In this document: in pieces, positions 51,681-64,000 of the stretch
How the letters are laid out: each line of letters opens with the position of its first letter
How positions within the stretch are numbered: position 1 is the stretch's first letter
NCBI GenBank assembly: GCA_951406725.2
Contig: OX597826.1
Coordinates: 21,452,001-21,516,000 of the forward strand
Origin: Octopus vulgaris
Lineage: Eukaryota
Length of the DNA: 64,000 bases
Reading direction: 5' to 3'
Made by a program: the position numbers and the translations under genes
Notes under the pieces: generated by a model
The model's database searches: none
The model's input: only the letters and a program-made list of their open reading frames with translations
What the model was told of the DNA's origin: nothing

Positions 51681-52177
51681 CTGATTAAACCATGTCAAAA
51701 ATCTCTACATCTCTGCTTGACAACTGATGTTGGTTTGTTTACATCCCTGTTATGTTTCCGTCAGTTTGATATTTGATCCTCATCAGTTGTCTTGTTTCTC
51801 AGGATGTGGACATAATTCCAGGCTGGAGTTGAACTGAGAGTCTTCCAAAGCATAGCAACCAGACTATTCTCCAGGCCATTGCTACACATAAAGCAAAGAC
51901 AGCTGATCATCTGCAAAGATCACAGTAATATGGCCATAAATATTGGTCCCTGATTTTGGCACAAGGTCAGCGATTTTTGCGGGGAAGGGGTAAGTTGATT
52001 ACATCAGTCCCAGTACATGACTGGTATCTATTTTATCAACCCCAAAAGGATGAAAGGCCAAGTCAACCTCTGTGGAATTTGAACTCAGAATGTAATGATG
52101 GACAAAATGCTGCTAATGATTCTGCCAGCTTATGGTATAGGTACAGGTATGGCTTTATAGTAGAGGTATGGCTTTAG

Positions 52178-52558
52178 GTGCAGGTATAAATGTATGGTAG
52201 AAAAATTTGCTTCCTACACGTAGTCTTGGGTTCAGTCCTACTGTGTTGCACTTTGAGCAAGTGTCTTCCAGGGCCGACCAAAACCTTGTCAGTGGATCTG
52301 ATAGACAGAAACTAAAAGAAGCTTGTCTCTTGCACACGCGTGTGTGTGTATGCATGAATGTGTGTCTTTGAGTTAGTGTTTGTTAAGCCTTCACTGCTTG
52401 ACAACTGGTTTCGGTTTGTTTGCATCCTTGTAACTTAGCAGTCTGGAAAAATAAGAAACTGCCAGAAATAAGTCCTGGGGTTGATGTCTTCAACTAAACC
52501 CTTCAAGGCATTGCACCAGCATGGTCATAGTCCAAAGAAAGCAAGTAAATGAGAAAAG
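52178..52558 (+). mobile_element. SINE family 1, degenerate
   Basis: Matches 33188-33624 in the opposite orientation. Partial copies at 6166-6345 and 8467-8790. Confidence 0.75.
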
Positions 52559-53769
52559 ATATATTTAATCTCTTTGTGACAATTTAAGGGACCAAAAAAT
52601 GGTGTCTGAAATGTTATTGTGGTTTAATCCTGGGAAAACTCTAATCAAACAGACCTATGATCAAATGCATGCCATCTATGACCATCTCATCTTTTTGGGG
52701 TAGGGATTTAAGAATGGCTACATTCAATAGTTAAACTTTTTCCTTATATAACAGTTGGATGTGGTTTGAAAGTGATGTAGCTATTCTTTTTAGCAGGTCA
52801 AGTGTCCCTGTAGAGGCTACCTTGTCAGCTAAGATTGTTTCAAGTGATGTTCAAAGTGTCCCCTTTTTCTCAGTCCTTCTATTTTTGTTCTTGTCTCTTA
52901 GTAGAGTAATTCCCACACTTGACATCAACCTAATTAATTAAAAGTGATTAAGCCAAGTTAAATCTCTGATTGACGGGCTGCAATTTATCCAGAACATGGC
53001 AAAGATGTTTTCGTTCCTTGTAACAGTTACACCCAAAACTGTTTACTCAAAGCAGTAATTAGATGAACACCAGCACAATATTTTGGCAAATGAGACTCAC
53101 CTGAAACTAATTAGGTCGCACACAATATTTGATTTTAATTAGAAATACAATTCTTAACTAATATATTAACTTAGAAGATAAGATTTTCTGAGTTTTTGTG
53201 ATATTTCTAATTTGAAACATTTACACATATGTATGGTGTGTGTGTGTGTGTGTGTGTGTTTTAATTTGTATGTGTATAAGTGTGTGTGTATGTGTGTGTG
53301 TATGGTATAGTGACTGTGAGATTTGATATGTATAGGTGTGTGTATGAGTGTGAGTGTTTCTGTGCATGAGTGTGTGTGTGTATGTGTGTGTGTATGTCTG
53401 TGTATGAGTGTGTGTGTATGAGTGTGTGCGTGTGTGTGTATGTGTGTGGGTGTGTTTATGGTACAGTGGCCATAAGATTTGATCATTGTGCCAAAGGCTT
53501 TATGGTTCAAATCTTGGCATTGTTTTGCATCCCTGTAAAGGTGTGTGGCCACCAAGACTTTTCATCTCATGATCACAAGGTTGTGGGTTCCACTCCTGGA
53601 TGGGGTAATGTGCTGTGTCCTTGTGCAACACACTTTATTTTACATTGCTCCAGTTTGCTCAGCTGTGATGAGTACCAACCAGTGGATGATGGAACCATCT
53701 CTCTTTCCTGCTGCTACCTTCTCAATATTTACTCGGTCAAGGATGAGAAAAGAGCAGGAGGATGTCTAT

Positions 53770-54230
53770 AATAATAATGAAGTTACTGTGTACAGTGCTC
53801 AGGTGCATTACAATTCATCAAAGGTGCACATACAGTCCATAGGATTATGTGCAAAAGTCAGGAAAGGGAACAGTGTATGAGTCATGATAGACATGTGTAC
53901 ATACGTATAGAGGGGAAGGGGATATCAGGTGTGGTGTTGGTGAGTTTCAGGATGCACGGAGGTTTTAAAGGATGCAATGTCTCGGCAACTAACAACTGAT
54001 GCAGGTTGTTTGTTCCATTCTTCAGCAATTCTGAGTGTGAAGAAATGTTTCCGAAAGACATGGGAGCTGTGTTATTTTCTGATTTTGTTGGCCTGCCCAC
54101 ATGTGTTGGAAACATGGAGCTCAAAAAGGTGCTCAAGGTGGTTGTTGGCACGATGGTTAATAATTTTGTGGGTATTTATCTTCAACATCCAGTGACTCCA
54201 GAAGATCCTACCAGTTACTTAGCAACATAA
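53770..54230 (-). mobile_element. CR1-group LINE 3' end
   Basis: KHFFTLRIAEEWNKQPASVVSCRDIASFK C-terminal motif plus 3' UTR. Confidence 0.7.
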
Positions 54231-54234
54231 GACT

Positions 54235-54640
54235 CCACACTCAGAAGCAATAACCATTGCATCACAACCATCTGCCAGGAACCCACACTATACGGGCTAA
54301 GATTGCTACATGTCTAAACATGTAGTGTACATGTTTAATTCACATGTTCCCCTAGGATCAATGCCTGGCTGGAGGACGAAAGAAGCAGTTCAAAGACCAG
54401 CTGAAGACCACTTTGAAGAGGAACAACATCAATCCCCACCAAGGAAGAAGACATCTCAACCTATTGTTCCTTGTTTGAGTTGGTGGAAGATGTTGAAAAT
54501 ATGGAAGAGAAACATTGTCAGAAGAAATGAAAGAGATGTGGGCAAGAGGGGTTAGGGTCCCCCGGCACCATGACCAAAGTTGCAGATCATGGTTTTTCCA
54601 TATAAGCATAAGCTGAGAGAGGACATATTTCAGACAAGAT
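54235..54640 (+). mobile_element. Degenerate RTE/BovB-type 3' fragment
   Basis: GGRKKQFKDQLKTTLKRNNINP motif. Confidence 0.6.
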
Positions 54641-54799
54641 TTTACAAACAAATGCTCTTACTATCATAAACCCCTCTACCTTTACCTTCTTTTAAAGTAA
54701 AGGTTTTTTTTATTTCACTGGATTTTGAAAGGGCAGCCAGACTGGTCATGTTGTCAACAAGAGATATATACATCATATCACTGTTTTGCTCAAAACAGT

Positions 54800-54874
<75 letters not shown>

Positions 54875-54990
54875 ACACTTAAATATATATATAGTTTTTG
54901 CATTTGGCTTGCAAGATTCCTTATGTGAACTCATGCGTTGAAACACATTTTGTTATATCTTGGGGATGGGGTCATTATACTAATAGTATA

Positions 54991-55158
54991 CACACACTGA
55001 TACAATTTCACTTCTTTATTTTTAGTCAGTTGATTAACTATTTAACTAATCAATCACTTGCTTAACTGACTGATTAAGCAAGTGATCAATTAGTTGTTTG
55101 GTTAAATAACTAATCAATTGACTAATAATAAAGGAGTTAAATTGAACCAGAGGGTGTG
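54991..55158. repeat. AT-rich imperfect palindrome (MITE-like)
   Basis: ttagtcagttgattaactatttaac..atcacttgcttaa / ttaagcaagtgat..gttaaataactaatcaattgactaa. Confidence 0.7.
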
Positions 55159-58155
55159 CTTCCCAAGATACAGCAATCTACATACATATTGTGATAGGAA
55201 CCACATCAGGATTGTGCAACCATGCTAAATTGTGCAATCATGCAACACAGAAATCTGAGTTGGATCGTGTTAAGACTGTAATTTAGTGAACCTTCTCTAT
55301 GGAGGTTGACCAGACTTCAAATGGTATCCGACTGTGACTAGCACAGTCGGGTACCAATTTCAGCAACTCTATATCAATGACTTCAGGATCCAATGCCCAA
55401 CTAGGATCAAAAGCTGTGCTCTTGGAACTGGGACCATTTTGGATTTGCTTGATTGGAGTCCAGGAGGTTCCATTGCCTCTTTGCAATTCTCCAACCGATT
55501 GCCCTAGCAAGTTAAATGCAGGTTGATAGAAACACCTTTAGGATTCACAGCACCATCAGCATTTAAAAAACTGGGACCAGCTGCTGCCTAAAGATCAGAG
55601 GTACATCATTTGGGAGGTGGGTCTGTGGGACCATCTGTTGAACAAAGAGAGATAACTTCATGAAATTAAGAAAAAATCTCTGAAAATTAATTTACTTATT
55701 TAAAAGAAGAAAAGTTTGATTTTTATTTACAGGCAAGGGAAGTAACTGTAAACATCTTCCAGTATATTCACCTTCATCAGCATGGAGTGTATTATTATAG
55801 TCAAGCTTGTATTCCTTCCTTCCTTGGTTGCTGCTTGTCTGGGGTGCTGTCATGAGATACAGCATATCTTAGATATTTGAAATGCTATGGAGTTCATCTC
55901 TCTCTACACAACTGCTTTCTTCCAGTGAGAAAGAAAGAGGAACTCAAAGAACACAAATTGCCCCCAATACTGAATGGAAGGCAAAGTTGATCTTGGTGTA
56001 GTTTGAACACAGAGAGCAGAGTGTTGGAACAAATAACACAAAGCATTCTGTCTGGTGCTCTACAAACTCTGCTTACAAATTGCTTATAATCTGTTATGCA
56101 TATTATTGTTGTTGTTGTTGTTGCAGTGTTGTGCTGTTGTTATACATCATTGTTGTTACTATATATTGCAGTTGTAATTATACATTGTAATTAATTAATG
56201 ATGCAGTAATTATTAATTGAAGTTCATTCAAGACTTAATGGAAGCTACTTTATGTCGTTAGTTGATTGGTTGTTTAACGAGACTTGGGGGTAACTTATTG
56301 AAAATGTTACACACCTCAACAGGTTCTCTTGATACTTTCACACAGTTAGTGTGGGTTTTTGGATACATTTGTTTCAAATGAAGAAAAGCTAATCAAGAAC
56401 TAATGAATAATATTTTTGTTAATTATCATCAGTCACTCTAAAGTCTGTTAATATCCTCCCGATAAAAAATTTTCCAAGATAGGGATCAGAATTTTAATCT
56501 GGATTCAGTTTTCATATCAGTAAGGTGTACTCTCCATTTCTGAGATGAGTTGTGATAAATATATTTGAAACAACTCACAAAATCAATGCAAATAATAGCC
56601 ATACCCAACATTGACTTAATCCTAGTTAATCAGCTTAAATTAACACTAAATCTAAAGTAATAGATATATTAATATTAAAGATTTTCTATCATATTGTATC
56701 TTCTGAACACACCTGCATAAGTCTGGTAACTCCACCTAGACTTTAAAGGGAGGCTTACCAATAGTTTTCTTATGAAAGCCATGTCACTGATTAAAACTAA
56801 TCTAATACCTTTAAAGGTGAAATGATTAATCTTAATGTCAGCAAGGTTAGTTTAAAGTTTTAACATCATGTTTAACACAGGATATTCAGCAGGGAGGGAA
56901 AGCACACTGTTGTATCCACATTTTAATCTCAACTATACCAAGGTGCATCATCAAAGAATAGAAAAAATTACATTAAACATTAAAATTTTCTCTTTATCAT
57001 TTTTTCTTTTATAATTTGAAGAGATGGAAATTTTTTGGTAAAGCAAGCTATGGAATATTTAGAGATTTCACAATATATTCTCTTACGGTTCCATTGCACT
57101 CTTTGGTCAGATAAGTTATTTTTATTGCCACAGTGCACTAAGCTGACAGCAGGTCTTATTTTCACTTTCCAGTTTTGGGTTTCAATATTTTTGTAAAAAT
57201 CAGGGAAAGTGTGTCACAGACTGTCGAAGTGTGTTCTTCTTGAGGTTGGCATCATCCCCATTGAAACCTTGTTTTTAGGGTGTTCACCAAAAGTCTTCTT
57301 TTGTAGGGGACAAAAATGACATCCAGAGGATTGTTAATCAATCTTAAATCAGCAATAGTTAAAGAGTAATGATTAAAGTGTGATTAAAGGGGCTCCAGCC
57401 ATGACCACCCCTTTTTATTCAAACTGTATCCAAGACTACATTATTCAAAGTGTTCTACATTTTGGAAGACACTAGGGTGTGATTTAAGGTATTTTGACTG
57501 CTATTTCTCGCCGGTTCAGCGACCATGTCAAGTATTCTTTATTCATTTGTGATACTCTGATACTCTTAGAGAATGTATTTCCATAGTGGTTCTAGTCATT
57601 AAGCTGTGATCCACTTTGGTGGAAAGAGGGACACAACCTCTCCAGGTGTCAAGCAGCTATAATCACTTTGCTTTTACATGTGTGTGTGTGTGTGTGTGTG
57701 TATGTAGCCTGTGTAGGTGTATAGGTTTTGCATATTAATAAAAAGAGGAAGGTAGTCAGGATTTAGATAAATATCGCTTATTGAGCCCTTTCCTGCTATT
57801 CAGGAAATCTTCATCCTCATCATCGTCGGTTAACGTCCGCTTTACATGTTGGCATGGGTTAGACAGTTTGACTGAGGACTGGCAAGCCAGAAGACTGTAC
57901 CAGGCTCTAAGCTGATCTGGCAAGGTTTCTACGGCTGGATGTCCTTCCAAATGCCTACCACTCCGAGAGTGTAGTGGGTGCTTTTTATGTGCCACTGGCA
58001 TGAGGGCCAGTCAGGAGGCACTGACAATTACTACACTCAAATGGTGCTTTTATTGTGCCACCTGCACAAGGGCCAGTCAGGCAGCACTGGCAACAACCAT
58101 ACTTGAGCGGTGCTTTTTACGTGACACCGGGTTGGGAGCTAGTCAAATATGTATA

Positions 58156-58488
58156 TAGTGGCTTAGTGGTTAGGGTATTTGGCTCATGATCATAAGGCCA
58201 CATAAGGTCATGAGTTCAATTCCCAGTGACACATTGTGTCAATGAACAAGACACTGTATTTTCACATTGCCTCAGTCCACTAAGCTGGCAAAAATGAGTT
58301 GCACCTGTGATTCAAAGGGGCCAGCCTTGTCATATTCTGTGTCAGGCTGAATCTCCCTGAGAACTATGTTAAGGGAACGTGTGTCTGTGGAGTGTTCAGC
58401 TGCTCGCATGATATTTTCATGAGCAGGCCGTACCATTGTTCACATCAACTGCAACCCAACTCATCAGCATAACCAATGGATGCCAGTC
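58156..58488 (+). mobile_element. tRNA-derived SINE, family 3
   Basis: gtggcttagtggttagg (A box) and gagttcaattccc (B box). Related copy at about 53463-53700. Confidence 0.7.
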
Positions 58489-58638
58489 AACAAACAGGAC
58501 ACATTTTTAAGAGTTATTTATAGTTTCGTGTGATGAAAACAACTCAGACAGCATTTTATAAACTGCTGTCTGAGTCATGTATACTGTGTTAATTAAACAA
58601 TATTTATCTCTCACCAATATCTTCATGGAACAGTATAC

Positions 58639-58675
<37 letters not shown>

Positions 58676-58679
58676 ATAC

Positions 58680-58795
58680 AATATGTTACATTACTCGGTA
58701 GTCAAGATAAAACTCTGAGTTTCAGATGCCGAAGTGGAAATCCACAACACCATCTCTTCGGTTATCTGGCTATTTGTTATCTTACCGTTTTATCA
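58680..58795 (-). mobile_element. Internally deleted copy of the 7783-8230 element with a mutated hammerhead (CCGAAGA)
   Basis: Reverse complement of about 8132-8228 joined to about 7788-7806, in (TA)n. Confidence 0.8.
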
Positions 58796-58816
58796 ATATA
58801 TATATATATATATATA

Positions 58817-59209
58817 TACTCTTTTATTCTTTTACTTGTTTCAGTCATTTGACTGCGCTCATGCTGGAGCACTGCCTTTAGTCGAGCAAATCAACCCCAG
58901 GACTTATTCTTTGTAAGCCTATTCTATTGGTCTCTTTTGCCAAACTGCTAAGTTACAAGGACGTAAACACACCAGCATCAGTTGTCAAGCAATGTTGGGG
59001 GACAAACACAGACACACAAACATATACACACACATACATATACATATATATACATATACGATGGGCTTCCTCCAGTTTCCGTCTACCAAATCTACTCACA
59101 AGGCTTTGGTTGGCCTGAGGCTATAGTAGAAGACACTTGCCCAAGGTGCCACATAATGGGACTGAACCCGGAACCATGTGGTTGGTAAGCAAGCTACTTA
59201 CCACACAGT

Positions 59210-59212
<3 letters not shown>
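58817..59212 (-). mobile_element. SINE family 1, full length
   Basis: Closely matches 33188-33624. Confidence 0.85.
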
Positions 59213-59254
<42 letters not shown>

Positions 59255-59314
59255 GTATGTATTATATTACATATTATATGTATAACTTAATGATTATAAT
59301 TATGTATAAAGCAT

Positions 59315-61120
59315 AGTTGATCAGGTTGTTCATGAAGGAGTCGTACCCAAGAATTGGTGTAGCGGCATTATAGTCATCTGCTACAAAGACAAAGGTGATG
59401 CCTTAAACAGAAATAATTACAGAGGAATCAAATTATTGGACCAGATGATGAAAGTCACAAAGGGTCATAGCTCAATTAATTAGGAAGGGTCATAACTCAA
59501 TCAATTAGGAACGGGGTTTGATTAGATATGATGCAGTTCGGATTTGTGCAAGGTAGAAGCACAGCTGCTGCTAAATTCTTGGTTTGGCAACTCCAGGAGA
59601 AGTATTTAGCCAAAAATAAACCTCTGTACTTGACTTTTGTAGACATGGAGAAAGCCTTTGACAGAATGCCCAGCTTCCTTATCTGGTGGTCAATGGGAAC
59701 ACTAGGGATAGACAAGTGATTAGTGAGAGCTGTATAAGCCATGTATAGGGATACTCCCTGTAAGGTGAAGGTTGGCAACGTCTATAGTAATGAATTCAGA
59801 GTACTCGTAGGAGTTCACCAAGGATCAGTCCTCAGCTCTCTTTTGTTTATCTTAGTCCTCCTGGCCTTAACAGAGGAATTCAAGACCAGTTGCCCCTGGG
59901 AGCTCCTCTACACTGATGATCTTGTACTTATAGCTGAATCACTGCCACAAAGGTAAAGGAGACACTTTAGATAGAAATAATTACAGAGGTACCAAATTGT
60001 TGGATCAGGTGATGAATGTCATGGAGAGGGTCATAGCCCAACTAATTTGGGAAAGAGTTAGTTTAGATGAGGTGCAGTTTGGGTTTGTGCCAGGGAGAAG
60101 CACCACTGATGCTATATTTCTCATAAGATAGCTTCAGGAGAAATTCCTAGCCAAAGACAAACCTCTGTACTTGGCTTCAGTTGACTTGGAGTAAGCCTTT
60201 GACAGGGACCCCTGATCCATTATCGGTGGTCAATGTGGAAACTAGGGATAGATGAGTGGTTGGTGAGAGCTGTACAAGCCATGTACAGGGATGCTGTCAG
60301 TAAGGGGAGGGTTGGCAATGAGTATAGTTAAGAATTCTGGGTAGAAATAGAGGTTCACCAAGGATCAGTCCTCAACTCCCACTTATTTATCGTAGCCCTC
60401 CAAGCAATAACAGAGGAATTCAAGACAGGATGCCCCTGGGAGCTTCTCTATGCTGATGATCTTGCTCTAATAGCTGTGTCACTACCAGAACTAGAGAAGA
60501 GTTTCAGGTGTGGAAGCAAGGTATAAAACCAAAAGGCTTTAGAGTCAATCTAGCAAAAATCAAAGTCCTAGTAAGTAGGAAGGCAGACAAATCACAAACT
60601 CTGTCAGGCAGATGGCCCTGCTCGATCTGTAGAAAAGGCATAAGATGTACCCAGTGTAAGCTATGGATATATAAGAGGTGCAGCAATATCAAAGGAAGGC
60701 TACTGGGAAGATAATTTTTGTGACAGATGCACAGGTGCAATAAACACTGAAGATGTACAGAAAACAGATTCTATCATAAGCCAGGGGGAAAAACTAGAAG
60801 TAGTTGATAGCTTCCGTTACCTAGGTAACCAAGTCAGTAATGGGGGTGGATGCCCTGAGAGTATAGCTGCTAGAATAAGAATAGGCTGGGCAAAGTTCAG
60901 AGAGCGCCTACCTCTGCTGGCAACAAAGGGCTTCTCACTCAGAGTGAAAGGTAGACTGTATGGTGCCTGTGTGTGAACAGCCATGCTATGTTGCAGAGAA
61001 ACATGGGCCATGACTGCTGAGGACATGCGTAGGCTTGAAAGAAATGAAGCTAGTATGCGCAACTGGATGTGTAATGTCAGTGTGCATTCATGACAGTGTA
61101 AGCAACTTGAGAGAAAATAA
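59315..61120 (+). mobile_element. Degenerate RTE RT fragments with the RT core present twice in tandem
   Basis: KGDAL.RNNYRG.KLLDQ...CPWELLY.DDL occurs at about 59385-59945 and again at about 59950-60480, continuing to ERNEASM. Confidence 0.9.
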
Positions 61121-61129
61121 GTTGCAGTC

Positions 61130-61522
61130 AATATTTGATTACTTTTTTTTATATTTGCTGTTCAAAGTAACCCCTGATTTGGAGTTACTTTGAACAGTAA
61201 TGTTTTTTTACTTATGTTCAAAAGTTGAATATGTTATTTGGAGGGATAAGTTTTCCATCAACTGTAAGAGTCACTTTTAAGTACTGGAAGTATGAGGATA
61301 CTTCTGAAGCACTTAAACATGCTCTGAATCTTTTGATATTTTGGCACAGGTGTGATAATAATTGGGATGTGTTTTGCTTTAAAAATGAATTACACCATTC
61401 AGCTGAAGAAAAATTGTTTGTAAATTGCATTACTGTGTGACTTTCAGCTGTGATATAAAGAGGAAACAAAATATATTTTGTTCAAAATTACCCCAGTGTT
61501 CAAAGTAACTTCGTTTCACAGT
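61130..61522. mobile_element. Probable DNA-transposon (pogo-like MITE) end fragment
   Basis: Subterminal repeats gttcaaagtaac / gttactttgaac and terminus ...gtttcacagta. Confidence 0.4.
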
Positions 61523-62416
61523 ATGCCACTTATTAACCCCAAAATAAAGCTAACTGTAGTAGGATTTGAACTCAGAGATCCAACAATTATTACTGCAAGT
61601 CATTTGTCTCTCTCATCTGATAGCCCAAAGAATTTTCTTTTGTGAATGCCTTGTGGTATTTATTTGAAATCTTGTCAAGGTCAACTTTACCTTTCATCCT
61701 TTTAAGGTTGATAAAATAAAGTACCAGTAAAATATTGGGGTCAATGTAATTATTTATACTCTTCCCTGAAATTTGTGGCTATATGCCAATGCTAGAAATC
61801 TAAATACTTGGTCCCTATTTTATTGACCCTTTAGAAGTGAAAGGTTTAGAGGTTAAAGGTTAACTCCTGCAAGTGACATTAAACAACACACTAGATACTA
61901 CAGAGCAAGTCCAGTTGTCTGCTGGTTCTTCTGTCGACCGTTTCTTCTGCTGTTCTACCCTTTGTGCCTTCTATCATTCTTTAATGTGGCATTCACATTC
62001 TTGAATCATCATTTAATGATAAATGAAATATTTAATGATTTATAAATTCCTAACGATCTAATTTAACTGCTAATATTAATTCCCGTTGAATACTTAAAGC
62101 AATGCAGTATTATGGGAGTATTTCATGACTGCAAATACATGCTTGGTTGACCTTTTGGAAAAGTAAATTTTTAAGCTGAGTGTCGGCACGTGAGTGAAAT
62201 CTGTGTGTCTCAACTCACAGTTTATCAACGATAATCTTCACAGAATTATGTAAAGATTATTGTTGATAATCTGTTGATGCTCTTATAACCTTGAACCTAG
62301 CCTGTGTCAAGACTATAATTGCAGCCAGGGATAATGGACATACTGTTCGACCCAGCTGAAGTGCTCATCAAAGAATTAGCTCTCCTGGCGAATAAAGAAA
62401 CAATCCTCCTCCTCAG

Positions 62417-62722
<306 letters not shown>

Positions 62723-62759
62723 TCTCTTGCTTTATTTTTATAGCATGTTTTCACTGCAC

Positions 62760-63380
62760 CACTGAGCACAACTCTTTGTGCCTTGGATATTTGCAGTGTT
62801 TTATTTTGGGTTTGGTTTTTTTTATTTGCTTTATTTTCACTGACTTGAAAGTGCTCTACGTAAGATAAGCACGGTGCCTGGCTGTGCTTTTCCTGTATGT
62901 TATGCATATTTGTTTGCCGTGGGGTATTTGTTTGAATGTTTCTTTTCAACCATTCCCAAAGCGCCAATTATTACAGGGAGTATTTAATTTTCCAGTCTCC
63001 ACATTTGAGTTGTCTCTATTTCCAGATCTTTATATGTAGATAATTTTTCTCTGTCTTCTATCACCCAACAACCAGTGATAATGTGACTTGTTTTATCCAC
63101 ATCTGCACATATTTTGTCATTACTTAAAGATTCTTTTGGTGATTTCTGGTGAGAAAGTTTTGGTCCTGTCTCACCACTGGCTTCTGCAATTCTTAACCAA
63201 TGTTGTCATTCTTCTTTCTTCATTTTCACCTGTTCACTTTTTCCAGGTGTTGTCTATGAAGGGTTTTTATTTGCCATTCCTTTAACATGGCATCCTGCAG
63301 ACCAATTTTCACTTTACTTCCTAAATTTTTTTCACAATTTCTTCTCATTTCAGCTTCTGCTTTGAATTTGATGGTTTCCT
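62760..63380 (-). mobile_element. Degenerate R4/Dong-like 3' end (restriction-like endonuclease region)
   Basis: REKLSTYKDLEIETTQMW, PVIIGALG and LILRRALS. Confidence 0.7.
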
Positions 63381-64000
63381 TAAAAGCAAAAAGAGAAAAG
63401 AGGAAATTGTGTGTGTGTGTGTGTGTGCACATGAACATGTATTTGGTTCATGTTTTGTCACAATTTACTTATTTACTTTAATTTTCCAGTTTTTGTTATG
63501 ATATATATTTTAGTCCTAAAATTGGATATTTTATAAATGTTTTCTAAATACAAAAAGCCATTCCTTTCTTGTATTCATCGTAAATGAGATTTTGTTTGTT
63601 TCTAAGTCCTTTATATTTAGTATATGCAAAAATGTGGGTCCTCTAACTTACCCAAGATGGCAGAAACTCTGAATAAGAAGTGACTAAGACTGTGACAACC
63701 AGTTCAACGAATATCAGCATTGGAGGGCATTTGAACTAAAGAATAGGAGGGAGCATAGCAGAAAGGACAGAGGCTTTATGCAAGGTTTTGAGAAGGTATG
63801 ATAGAAGGAAAAGCTGTTGTAGAGGAAATACATTATATAAGGGCAGGTGAGAATAATTGGTGTGCCGCTGGAAGGTGATGACGGAGTATAAGGGTGTGTC
63901 TTGCAAGATACAAGAAAGAGAAGAGAAGAATGTGTGGCAGGGGAACAGAAGTTCAGGAGGAATGGTTGGAGGGTGAAGTTAGAGTTTACAAGATATCTGG

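Overview
AT-rich eukaryotic genomic DNA dense in microsatellites and transposable elements. The repeat repertoire looks like an octopus/coleoid cephalopod genome (inference, not proven). The main host feature is a + strand spliced gene of at least 12 exons (23305-41806) that I joined by hand into a 586-aa open frame. It encodes a reprolysin/M12B zinc metalloprotease: long Cys-free prodomain, two furin sites, HEVGHLLGAPHD, Met-turn, one ADAMTS-type Cys-rich module, and no TSP1 repeats or transmembrane segment. Its 5' exon is unresolved. A weaker convergent minus-strand exon chain lies at 48-52 kb. Mobile DNA includes a near-intact RTE LINE (one 1090-codon frame with two UGA stops), R4/Dong-like, CR1-like and RTE fragments, a full-length dead mariner, and several tRNA-derived SINE families. 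The most notable non-coding signal is a set of short, often palindromic inserts in or beside (TA)n tracts that carry Penelope-type minimal hammerhead ribozyme cores (about 5.1, 5.4, 5.6, 8.1, 42.9 and 58.7 kb). The window also has a tandem segmental duplication (0.2-8.6 kb) and fold-back inversions. Most entries in the ORF track are microsatellite or antisense-TE artefacts.
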